Assembly: GCF_000020025.1 (NCBI RefSeq)
Contig: NC_010628.1
Coordinates: 7,110,001 to 7,142,000 of the forward strand
Direction of reading: 5' to 3'
Length of the DNA stretch: 32,000 bases
From: Nostoc punctiforme PCC 73102
GTDB taxonomy: Bacteria > Cyanobacteriota > Cyanobacteriia > Cyanobacteriales > Nostocaceae
Shown here in pieces: positions 1-7,712 of this stretch. The notes beneath the pieces were generated by a model. It saw only the letters and a list, made by a program, of their open reading frames with translations. It was not told the DNA's origin and searched no databases. Position numbers and translations under genes: made by a program. The stretch's first letter is position 1; each line of letters begins with the position of its first letter.

Positions 1-310
1 CACCTTGATAAATTAGGGCATAGTCTCCCACGATCGTAGTTTCACCAATTACTACACCCATACCGTGGTCAATAAACACACTTTTTCCAATTACTGCACC
101 AGGGTGGATTTCAATTCCAGTCAAAAACCGAGCCAAGTGAGAAATTAAACGAGGAATAAAGGGAAGACCAACCGTATACAGCCAGTGAGCCAGCCTATGG
201 AATAGCAGGGCTTGCAAACCAGGGTAACAAAATAAAACTTCCAACCAGTTACGGGCAGCTGGGTCACGTTCAAATATGATACGAAAGTCAGCACGCAGTA
301 TAGATAGCAC
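1..310 (-). CDS. cysE: Serine O-acetyltransferase, N-terminal part (3' end runs off the window)
   Basis: Minus-strand frame absent from the supplied track. GTG at 310-308 gives [103 protein letters not shown]. This is the SATase N-terminal helical region followed by left-handed beta-helix hexapeptide repeats ([21 protein letters not shown]). An in-frame GTG 27 nt upstream is an alternative start. Confidence 0.8.
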   Translation of the reverse strand, partial: MLSILRADFRIIFERDPAARNWLEVLFCYPGLQALLFHRLAHWLYTVGLPFIPRLISHLARFLTGIEIHPGAVIGKSVFIDHGMGVVIGETTIVGDYALIYQG

Positions 311-380
311 GAGATAGCACCCTCGGAAAGCACAACAAGCTACTCTCCCATATTATCGTCTCAGGTGTTACACATAAAAA

Positions 381-446
381 TTGGGAATGAGGAATTGGGA
401 ATTGGGAATTAGTTATTCATTCTTCACTCCTAACTTCCCACTCCCT
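381..446 (-). terminator. Heptamer-repeat (TTGGGAA-type) imperfect inverted repeat directly after the stop of the 448..939 gene
   Basis: ttgggaa tgaggaa ttgggaa ttgggaa ttag ... ctaacttcccactccc. The arms gggaattgggaattag / ctaacttcccactccc pair. The plus-strand A-C mismatches become U-G wobbles on the minus-strand RNA. It lies immediately 3' of the minus-strand stop codon (448-450). Confidence 0.5.
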
Positions 447-447
447 A

Positions 448-939
448 TTACTGCTGCTCCACTGCCAGAGTATAATCACGCTTGACCCCAGAATTAAATG
501 TACCTACCCAAATCCGATAAGTACCTCTTTTCCAGTTGCGATCGCTAACGCTAGCATCTTTTCTTTTGCCAGTATCATCGCCGCAGCGAATCGTATTTTG
601 ATCTGGGCCTTGAATGAGTAAAGTTGTGTCGGTATTGTTGCTATCGACTTTGATTGTTAGCTGGGAAAAGTCATTTTCCAAAACCATAATGTGATCTGGA
701 TTAGGATCGGCAAAACCAATACAGGCTTTTTGGTCGCGATCGCGGTTACTTATGGCAGACAATGAGTAAGAACCACCTGTAAACCCCTGCACTGTTCCTT
801 GTGCTGGATTAGATGTTGACACGGTAAAAGTACCAAAATTCGCTGCTGTCTCTGCAATTACAGGTGTAGCGGTGATGGTGGCAAGTATAGCCAACAACCA
901 GCCGCCGCTAAACTGAAGTCGGGGGCGACAAAATTTCAT
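448..939 (-). CDS. Secreted hypothetical protein (163 aa) with N-terminal signal peptide
   Basis: Track ORF. The N-terminus MKFCRPRLQFSGGWLLAILATITATPVIA-ET has a charged n-region, a hydrophobic core and an A-x-A-like cleavage site. No catalytic motif recognised. Confidence 0.7.
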   Translation of the reverse strand: MKFCRPRLQFSGGWLLAILATITATPVIAETAANFGTFTVSTSNPAQGTVQGFTGGSYSLSAISNRDRDQKACIGFADPNPDHIMVLENDFSQLTIKVDSNNTDTTLLIQGPDQNTIRCGDDTGKRKDASVSDRNWKRGTYRIWVGTFNSGVKRDYTLAVEQQ

Positions 940-1237
940 AGTAGCCCTCCAACAGGCTGTTAAATTAGTAATGATATATACATATTCTAATGAAAAAATT
1001 CCAGTGAAATTTTCGTTGGTTGTGCCACATTAAAATGTACCACAATAAAGGGTTTTTAAAGCAAACAGCTAATTGCTAGGCTGTCTCTTGATATAAGCAG
1101 CAGCGACCATTCTTCAACTGATGATTTGGATGTGATTACCTCTGTTGGACGCAGGATCTTGCCTCCTAAAGAAAACCCTTAACGGACGATTTAAATAGCA
1201 AATAATACAGTAAATTTACGAAAATCTTACGGTACAG

Positions 1238-1274
1238 AAAAAGGCAGAAGATAAAATAATTTTTAACCTTCTGC
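1238..1274 (-). terminator. Rho-independent terminator candidate for the 1296..2954 gene
   Basis: On the minus strand: gcagaag (loop gttaaaaattattttat) cttctgc followed by cttttt. A 7 bp perfect stem plus U-tract starts about 20 nt after the stop. Confidence 0.55.
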
Positions 1275-1295
1275 ACTTGAGCTTTTATGAAAATC

Positions 1296-2954
1296 TCATG
1301 AATTCTTGAGTTGGAAGAAAACGCCACCTTTGACCGATCGCGTGTCAGTTCCATAACTGCTAACTGTGAGCGATCGCAAATTATCAAAAAACGGTTTCCC
1401 TAAAACTTCCGCTAGCTTGAGAATCGGTACTTGACGCTCTAATAAATTCTGGCTCTTTGTCCAGTCAAGATATATATAGCCTTGGTTTGGTAAGGGAATT
1501 GCAGCAATACTATCTTGGAAATTGGGATTGTCAATTAAGGAATTATCCTTAGTTGTGAGAATTTCATTCATCGTTTCTAAGTCAGAAGTGAAAATTTCGT
1601 AATTTCCTAAAGTTGTATACAATCCCCGCACTTTTGTTTCAATACTGAAAGATGCTCCTTCTTTAGCATCACTTTTTTTAGCCGCCGTAGTTAACTCTGT
1701 CCAAGCGGAGACTTTTTGCTTATCTATAGTCAGAGGATTAATGCTGAGTCCATTGGATGATGCGATCGCATCCAAACGAGCAATACCTTGTTCTACACTC
1801 TCGGATTTTTCCACCACAAAAATCCAATGAGGGGTTGTTTGCTCTTTCTCAGGTAACAATGCTATGGCATATTCTCCCTGTACCCAACTAAAAATATCCT
1901 CTGGTAAGTTTATTCCCCAGCGTTTTTGAACATCCACTAAAGGTTTGGCTAACCGAGAAACCACATCTTCCCCAGAACCATATATAGTAGCTGTTGCTTG
2001 TTTCCAAAGTTTAGCTAAATCGCTCTCGCCCAAATTACTTAAATTTGAGCCAGAAATCGCCAAACCTGCCGACGCTGGAACATACTGCAATGCTCCTACA
2101 GGTTTAGATAGTGGTGCAGATGGAGTAAGAATTTCTGATGAAGTCAAAAATGTAGTTTCTGCTAGCAATCCTTTGGGATTCAACGCCAGAGAAATAATTT
2201 CACTGTTATAAAGTTGTTCTGAAAGTTCTAAGCCTTGCCATTTTGCCACAACGGGAAGATTTAAGAACGCTACAGCTAAACCCCCTTTGGGCAGTTCTTT
2301 GGTAGCTTTTTGGTATTCGGGGGAGCTAGTTAAATTCAGATCGGGCGCTTGGACGTTATTAATCGCGTCTTTCAAGACTTTCGGATCGTTGGCAAACAAC
2401 ACAAAGCCTTCACCAACAACCGCACCTGCAAGTAAATCCTGCTCTGGTTGAGAATTGTCATAAATCAGCTTTATGCCTTTATATTCTTCAACAGCTAAGG
2501 TTGCCCCAGATAAGGCTCGTTTGGAAAACAACAATTCAACAAACTCGCGGCTTTTCTCAGATTGCTTGGTTGCTAGTGCTAACAGATACCCTGGCTGCTG
2601 TCCGTTTTCTGGATCGCGATCGATATCTAAGGTGGTGATAGCTAATGTAATTTCATTCCCTAACCAGGGTTGAACGTCTTGTTTATAATCTATGCCACTT
2701 TTGGCTAATAAACTGGTTTTGAGTTTAGATAGTTCCTCTTCACGTTCCAACACCTGCAACCGATCGGGATTCGTCAGCAGTGAAACCATTGCTGGCGAAA
2801 GTTTTGATACGAATATGGCTGCACCAGGCTCAGAGGTAGAAGCAATGAGGTTAGCCGGATTTTTGGCGAAAAACCAGTAAAAGCCAGCGATCGCAATTAG
2901 CAATGCGATCGCACCTGCTACGATAAAACCAATAAATGAGCGTTGCCTATTCAC
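1296..2954 (-). CDS. Cyanobacterial membrane-anchored protein, probably DUF3352 family (552 aa)
   Basis: Track ORF with a single N-terminal TM helix (FIGFIVAGAIALLIAIAGFYWFF). Size and architecture match my recollection of DUF3352 (about 540-575 aa, cyanobacteria). Family assignment is from memory, not a search. Confidence 0.75.
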   Translation of the reverse strand: MNRQRSFIGFIVAGAIALLIAIAGFYWFFAKNPANLIASTSEPGAAIFVSKLSPAMVSLLTNPDRLQVLEREEELSKLKTSLLAKSGIDYKQDVQPWLGNEITLAITTLDIDRDPENGQQPGYLLALATKQSEKSREFVELLFSKRALSGATLAVEEYKGIKLIYDNSQPEQDLLAGAVVGEGFVLFANDPKVLKDAINNVQAPDLNLTSSPEYQKATKELPKGGLAVAFLNLPVVAKWQGLELSEQLYNSEIISLALNPKGLLAETTFLTSSEILTPSAPLSKPVGALQYVPASAGLAISGSNLSNLGESDLAKLWKQATATIYGSGEDVVSRLAKPLVDVQKRWGINLPEDIFSWVQGEYAIALLPEKEQTTPHWIFVVEKSESVEQGIARLDAIASSNGLSINPLTIDKQKVSAWTELTTAAKKSDAKEGASFSIETKVRGLYTTLGNYEIFTSDLETMNEILTTKDNSLIDNPNFQDSIAAIPLPNQGYIYLDWTKSQNLLERQVPILKLAEVLGKPFFDNLRSLTVSSYGTDTRSVKGGVFFQLKNS

Positions 2955-3111
2955 ATTAAACCTTTAAAAAAGACGGTTTACAGCCATTTAAGCAGAAAGC
3001 CTACCAGAATTTATCAGCCTTCTTGAGAATCGATACTCATGCAAAGGCAGAGATTTTCTGTCACCATAAATAAGATTAGGACTGTTTATAGGGAATTCTT
3101 TTAGTCAACCC

Positions 3112-3444
3112 ATGAACCAGATTAGTGTAGAAGAACTGGCACAACGTCTTTCCTCTGGTGATGGAAGTATACAGCTAGTGGATGTCCGAGAACCAGAAGA
3201 ATTGGCGATCGCTAACATTGAGGGCTTTGTCAACCTACCCTTGAGTCAATTTGCCGAATGGGGACATGAAATACCTACCCTCTTCAATCCTCAAGCTGAA
3301 ACCCTTGTGCTATGCCATCACGGTATTCGCTCTGCCCAAATGTGTCAGTGGTTAATTGCTCAAGGTTTTACAAATGTGCAAAATATTTCCGGTGGTATTG
3401 ATGCTTACTCCATCTTAGTAGACCATTCAATTCCCCAGTATTAG
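3112..3444 (+). CDS. Single-domain rhodanese-like sulfurtransferase (110 aa)
   Basis: Track ORF. Active-site loop CHHGIRS, an upstream VDVREPEE motif and GGIDAY near the C-terminus are typical of rhodanese homology domains. Confidence 0.85.
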   Translation: MNQISVEELAQRLSSGDGSIQLVDVREPEELAIANIEGFVNLPLSQFAEWGHEIPTLFNPQAETLVLCHHGIRSAQMCQWLIAQGFTNVQNISGGIDAYSILVDHSIPQY

Positions 3445-3465
3445 CTTTTGTTTAGGTGCATTACT

Positions 3466-3496
3466 CAGATGGAACTTAATTCCATCTGGCTTTTGC
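3466..3496 (+). terminator. Rho-independent terminator candidate after the rhodanese gene
   Basis: cagatggaa-cttaa-ttccatctg is a perfect 9 bp stem, followed by gcttttgc. It starts 22 nt after the stop. Confidence 0.6.
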
Positions 3497-3890
3497 TATT
3501 GTGAAAATAGCACTAAATTAGCTTGGGGACTCGCCAGGAAAGTTTGTAACTTTCTCCAATAGCTACATAACTTACGCAACTTTTCGACTCAAATCTTAGC
3601 TGCAATAGCCGCAAAAATACGTATACAACAATACTTTTCTAAGTGTAGAATTATGCAAAAATAAGCCAGAAACTAGTGTTGTAAATTCAAACTCTTAGCT
3701 TTTGATGCAAAGCCTAGATTCTATTTAGAGCGCACTTTTAAAGAATGGTATACATGAACCTTAAAATTAATTATCACAATAAAATTGTATAATTTGTTAT
3801 CTTAATAAATTATTAATATTCCTTGTTTAAATCAAATCCAGAAATTTCTCCAGACTTTGATTAAAATTTGCCTCTAGCAAAACATATCCT

Positions 3891-5021
3891 ATGGAAGTCC
3901 AGTTAACAAATCGGCAACAGCATATACTTTGGGCAACGGTACGTCACTACATTGCTACGGCAGAGCCTGTTGGTTCAAAGGCTTTGGTCGAAGAGTACGA
4001 CCTGGGTGTAAGTTCAGCCACAATTCGCAATGTGATGGGCGTTTTAGAAAAGTCTGGATTACTCTACCAACCACACGCTTCTGCTGGACGTGTACCTTCA
4101 GATTCAGGCTATCGCATTTATGTTGACCAGCTAATTACACCTTCTCTGCGTTCGCGCAGCGTGTCGCAGACAGACGCTACGCGGACAGAAACTTTAGGGC
4201 GAGAAATAGAGGTGGCATTGCAAAAACATCTCCAGTGGGAAGATCGGAGTTTAGAAACCCTACTGCAAGGAGCCGCGCAAATTTTAGCAACCTTGAGTGG
4301 TTGCATTAGCTTGATAACTATGCCGCAAACTACAACAGCACTATTGCGACATCTGCAATTAGTGCAAATTGAAGCTGGGCGGATCATGTTAATTGTTGTT
4401 ACCGATGGTTATGAGACACATTCTAAGTTAATGGATTTGTCGCCAATACCAGAAGAGACACAACGAGATTCAGAGGTAATCGATCGCGAGTTGCAGATTG
4501 TTTCTAACTTTTTGAATACCCACTTGCGAGGGCGAAGTCTGTTGGAATTAGCCAACCTCAACTGGAGCGAACTAGATCAGGAATTCCAACGCTACGGAGA
4601 ATTTTTGAAAAATTCAGTTGCCGAATTGACTCGTCGCACTCTTGCGCCGACTGCCACACAAATTATGGTTCGGGGCGTGTCAGAAGTTTTGCGCCAGCCA
4701 GAATTTTCCCAGTTACAGCAAGTACAAACGATTATCCACCTGCTGGAAGAAGAACAAGACCAACTATGGCGATTAATATTTGAGGAACCAGAACCGGAGG
4801 ATATTGGTAAGTCAAGGGTAACGGTTCGCATTGGCGCAGAAAATCCATTAGAACCGATACGCACCTGTACTTTGATTTCTTCGAACTATCGCCGAGGTTC
4901 AATACCAGTAGGAAGTGTGGGAGTTTTGGGGCCAACGCGCTTAGATTATGAAAGTGCGATCGCAGTTGTAGCATCTGCTGCTGATTACCTCTCAGAAGCC
5001 TTCAGTTATTTCAATCCGTAA
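3891..5021 (+). CDS. hrcA: Heat-inducible transcription repressor HrcA (376 aa)
   Basis: Track ORF. The N-terminal winged-helix region [28 protein letters not shown]...[39 protein letters not shown] and the C-terminal [11 protein letters not shown] are characteristic HrcA signatures. Confidence 0.9.
   Translation: MEVQLTNRQQHILWATVRHYIATAEPVGSKALVEEYDLGVSSATIRNVMGVLEKSGLLYQPHASAGRVPSDSGYRIYVDQLITPSLRSRSVSQTDATRTETLGREIEVALQKHLQWEDRSLETLLQGAAQILATLSGCISLITMPQTTTALLRHLQLVQIEAGRIMLIVVTDGYETHSKLMDLSPIPEETQRDSEVIDRELQIVSNFLNTHLRGRSLLELANLNWSELDQEFQRYGEFLKNSVAELTRRTLAPTATQIMVRGVSEVLRQPEFSQLQQVQTIIHLLEEEQDQLWRLIFEEPEPEDIGKSRVTVRIGAENPLEPIRTCTLISSNYRRGSIPVGSVGVLGPTRLDYESAIAVVASAADYLSEAFSYFNP
4145..4189 (+). 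repeat. SDR-like imperfect palindrome embedded in frame in hrcA (45 nt, 15 codons)
   Basis: tctgcgttcGCGCAGCGTgtcgcagacagACGCTACGCggacaga. The inner arms gcgcagcgt/acgctacgc pair 8/9 and the outer arms tctg/caga pair. It encodes [14 protein letters not shown] just after the conserved [12 protein letters not shown] segment. Confidence 0.5.
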
Positions 5022-5129
5022 AGTTTAGGGATAAGCTGCTACGAGTCTAGACGAATGAATAATGCGATCGCAGATAGATAGCCTAATTTGTAGTGGCAAA
5101 ATTAATAATCAATCCTACTTAAATCTTTC

Positions 5130-5807
5130 ATGGTTAGAAAAATCGCCTTTGGTTTCCTGTGGTTAGGATTCACTATCTATGCTTTTTTTCTCGCTCCTCC
5201 TGAGCAACCCGGTACATTCGAGTTAATTAAAAACCTTTCTACTGGCCAGTGGCAAGGAGTTAACCCATTAGTCATAGCACTATTCAACCTCATGGGCATC
5301 TGGCCTCTCGTCTACAGCGCAGTAGTGTTTATTGATGGTAAAGGGCAAAAAATACCTGCTTGGCTATTTGTTACTGCCTCTTTCGGAGTCGGCATATTTG
5401 CCTTGTTACCCTACTTAGCCCTTAGAGAACCAAATAATCAGTTTGTTGGTAAAAAGAATATCTTACTCAAGCTGCTAGATTCTCGTGTAACTGGGATTGT
5501 GTTGACTGTAGCTACAGTTCTTCTAGTTGCCTACGGTTTAAAAGGAGGAGATTGGGGCAATTTTGTGCAACAGTGGCAAACAAACCGCTTTATCAATGTA
5601 ATGAGTTTAGATTTTTCCCTACTTAGCCTCTTATTTCCCGCATTACTAGGGGATGATATGGCGCGTCGCGGTTGGAAAAATCCACAGATATTCTGGTTAA
5701 TAGCGTTGATACCGCTATTCGGCCCATTGATTTATTTGTGTGTGCGTCCACCTTTACCAGAAGTGGGCGTAGAGGCAATACCCGGTCAGCAGCCAGCTGC
5801 AAATTAA
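5130..5807 (+). CDS. Conserved integral membrane protein, function unknown (225 aa)
   Basis: Track ORF with about 6 hydrophobic segments (FGFLWLGFTIYAFFL, LVIALFNLMGIWPLVYSAVVF, WLFVTASFGVGIFALLPYL, GIVLTVATVLLVAYGL, MSLDFSLLSLLFPALL, IFWLIALIPLFGPLIYLCV). Confidence 0.7.
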   Translation: MVRKIAFGFLWLGFTIYAFFLAPPEQPGTFELIKNLSTGQWQGVNPLVIALFNLMGIWPLVYSAVVFIDGKGQKIPAWLFVTASFGVGIFALLPYLALREPNNQFVGKKNILLKLLDSRVTGIVLTVATVLLVAYGLKGGDWGNFVQQWQTNRFINVMSLDFSLLSLLFPALLGDDMARRGWKNPQIFWLIALIPLFGPLIYLCVRPPLPEVGVEAIPGQQPAAN

Positions 5808-5950
5808 AGCACTTTTTAATTCGTAATTAAAGAAAGTTTCAGCCGGGGATTTAGACCAATTCACGAAAATCCTGATACATATAGATTTCTCGTGGGGGTA
5901 CGGCATTGTCCATTGGTGTCAACTTAAGAAGATAAAGCCCATATTTGTTG

Positions 5951-5992
5951 GGTGTAAGCCTCAATCTCTCAATGGCGCTTACGCCTAGTTTT
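5951..5992 (+). terminator. Terminator-like hairpin downstream of the membrane protein gene and about 45 nt upstream of the intron 5' end
   Basis: ggtgtaagc (17 nt loop) gcttacgcc forms a 9 bp stem with one U-G wobble on the plus strand, followed by tagtttt. Confidence 0.4.
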
Positions 5993-6597
5993 GACTAATC
6001 CAATATTTTTAGGCAAGCTGAGAGGATGTTTGGAGTGCGATTTGTTCAGTCTAAATAAATATAAATACTTAGAGACGACTGCCTAAGTTCAAGCCTAGAG
6101 AACTGAATAATAATGTAGGTGTGAATCCTACCCCGCAAGTGCTGCGGTGAAAGCCCTTTCCCTACTGTAGAGACTAGCCATCAATCGGTAAAGCGGGAAT
6201 GAACAGCGCTCTTACTAGGAGCCTAAACCCGGTAAGGAGCCAAGCAAGATATCCATGAGTACGAAAGACACGTTTGAATCATCGTTAATCTCAAGTAGCG
6301 CAATCAGGCTGAAACGCTGCGCCAAAAGGTAAAGGATAAGGGATTAGCGGTTTCCAGACCGACTAATAAGCACCCCCAACAAACCCGGTGAATAGTGTCA
6401 CTCTAAAGGTATCAGTATTGTTATTCGGAACGAAGTAACCCGTCAAACGCTCTCAGGTGGTCGAATACCTGAGTAGGTGCTAACCGGATGCCTTGACGGG
6501 CAAGATTGAGTAAGAAGCGAACGCTTGGCTGTAATGGTCAAGATAGGCTGACGTACCCACGATGATTTGGTAGGAATGGTCACATTAGGAAGTATAT

Positions 6598-7397
6598 ATG
6601 TCTAAAACACTGAGCAATCAGATGGTGGAATGGAATAGCATTAACTGGCGAAAGCTAGAACGTGCTGTTTATAAGCTTCAGAAAAGAATATTCCAAGCCT
6701 CTCTACGTGGTGATAAATCAGCAGTACGCAGACTCCAAAAAACCTTGATGAGGTCTTGGTCTGGAAAAGCCTTATCTGTCCGCCAAGTAACCCAGGATAA
6801 CCAGGGTAAGAAAACCGCAGGTGTAGACGGCATCAAGTCGCTTACCCCCAAGGCTCGGCAAAATTTAGTACTGAGTTTGAACATTAATCTTCATGTTAAT
6901 GCTACCCGTCGTGTTTGGATTCCCAAGTCTAACGGTGACAAGCGTCCACTAGGTATTCCTACAATGCAGGACAGAGCGACCCAAGCACTTGCCAAACTGG
7001 CTCTTGAACCAGAATGAGAAGCGGTAAAGTTAAGGGGACAGCATCGCCATTCTATGGAAACCTGAAATACTGGAGTTCTAGAAGAGGAGAACATCCCCTA
7101 GTGACTACGAGAGTGGCAAAACTTTTGAAAGAACAAAAGGGTAAGTGCGCTCACTGCGGATTGTACTTTAGGGAAGACGATTTAATCGAAGTTGACCATA
7201 TCATCCCCAAATCCCTTGGCGCAAAGGATAAATACGGCAACCTCCAAGCATTACATCGTCACTGCCATGACAGTAAAACTGCCAACGATGGTAGTAGAGG
7301 TACTCATGATTTGAGCCAAGTCATTGAGGAGCCGGATGAGGTGAAAGTCTCACGTCTGGTTCTGAAGACGAGCGGGACTCGTGAGAGTTTCCCTTAA
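6598..7397 (+). pseudogene. Group II intron reverse transcriptase/maturase, internally deleted and frame-broken
   Basis: ORF 6598..7017 encodes RT0-RT2 (…TAGVDG…RRVWIPKSNGDKRPLGIPTMQDRATQALAKLALEPE) and stops at TGA, where intact relatives (from memory) read EPEWEA. ORF 7014..7397, in a different frame, resumes at the end of the X/maturase region (KVKGTASPFYGNLKYWSSR) and the HNH nuclease (CAHCG…EVDHIIP…LHRHCH). RT3-RT7 (YADD) and most of X are absent. Confidence 0.8.
7329..7362 (+). other. Group II intron domain V (catalytic hairpin)
   Basis: GAGCCGGAUGAGGU-GAAA-GUCUCACGUCUGGUUC is 34 nt with an AGC triad. The lower stem GAGCCGGAU/GUCUGGUUC pairs, there is an AC bulge, the upper stem is GAGGU/GUCUC, and the tetraloop is GAAA. 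It overlaps the IEP C-terminal codons (EEPDEVKVSRLVL), as is usual for this intron type. Confidence 0.85.
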
Positions 7398-7439
7398 TTT
7401 AATAGATACGCTAGGCGATAGTGCAAAACACCTCCCAGA

Positions 7440-7469
7440 GGCGATGTCTATGACGGCTATGCCTACGTC
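7440..7469 (+). repeat. Small dispersed repeat (SDR) copy, CGATG(T/C)CTA...CTACG family
   Basis: ggcgatgtctatgacggctatgcctacgtc resembles the copies at 16198, 18637, 20227 and 21169 (reverse). Confidence 0.6.
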
Positions 7470-7712
7470 AAAAAAACCAAAAATCTCTTAGTAATGTTTG
7501 CTTTCATGCCTACACAAGTTGATTTTTGAGTCTTTGACTGAAGTTATTTAAATACAAATAGATTTTTCATTTAAGCCTGATGTCCGTTCTTTACCAGTAG
7601 CGAGGTAGAGAATCAATATAGTTAAATGATGCTTCAGCGTTCTGCTCAAGCACCATTTAACTTACTATGTTTATTGTCCCCAGTTCAATAGGCTACATCT
7701 GCCTGCCCTTAG

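Larger units (their letters stand above)
6035..7398 (+). mobile_element. Group II intron, ORF-deleted derivative (about 1.36 kb); 3' boundary approximate (+/-10 nt)
   Basis: 5' GUGCG at 6035-6039. About 560 nt of ORF-free, GC-richer structured sequence (domains I-III) precedes the domain IV ORF. There are IEP remnants and a canonical domain V at 7329-7362. A short stem (acgag/ctcgt) and an ...aat end near 7398 follow. It is intergenic and on the same strand as both flanking genes. Confidence 0.8.

Noticed and set aside
145-333. Track ORF of 62 aa on the minus strand
   Set aside because: It is an alternative frame of the cysE region. The frame giving [20 protein letters not shown]…[11 protein letters not shown] (serine acetyltransferase) is clearly the real one.
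1166-1387. Track ORF of 73 aa (minus)
   Set aside because: It overlaps the 3' end of the 552-aa gene and its terminator hairpin. It has AT-rich, Ile/Phe/Lys-rich composition typical of non-coding sequence.
1945-2880. Three plus-strand ORFs (88, 66, 62 aa) antisense to the DUF3352-like gene
   Set aside because: They are fully nested antisense to a long, well-supported CDS, with no SD or motif. They are typical shadow ORFs.
3621-3634. GTA-N8-TAC (NtcA-type) motif gtatacaacaatac about 260 nt upstream of hrcA
   Set aside because: The nearest -10-like box (tagaat, 3646) is only 11 nt away rather than about 22 nt. The bare motif is expected several times by chance in 32 kb.
3445-3890. Search for a CIRCE element (TTAGCACTC-N9-GAGTGCTAA) upstream of hrcA
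   Set aside because: Only weak partial resemblance (aatagcactaaattagc) is present, with no inverted partner. CIRCE is not supported.
3929-4974. Alternative-frame and antisense ORFs within hrcA (65, 89, 90, 80 aa)
   Set aside because: They are nested in the HrcA CDS, Cys/Arg/Ser-rich, and have no recognisable motifs.
6678-7094. Two minus-strand ORFs (68, 67 aa) inside the intron
   Set aside because: They are antisense to the recognisable RT/maturase remnants and carry no motifs.
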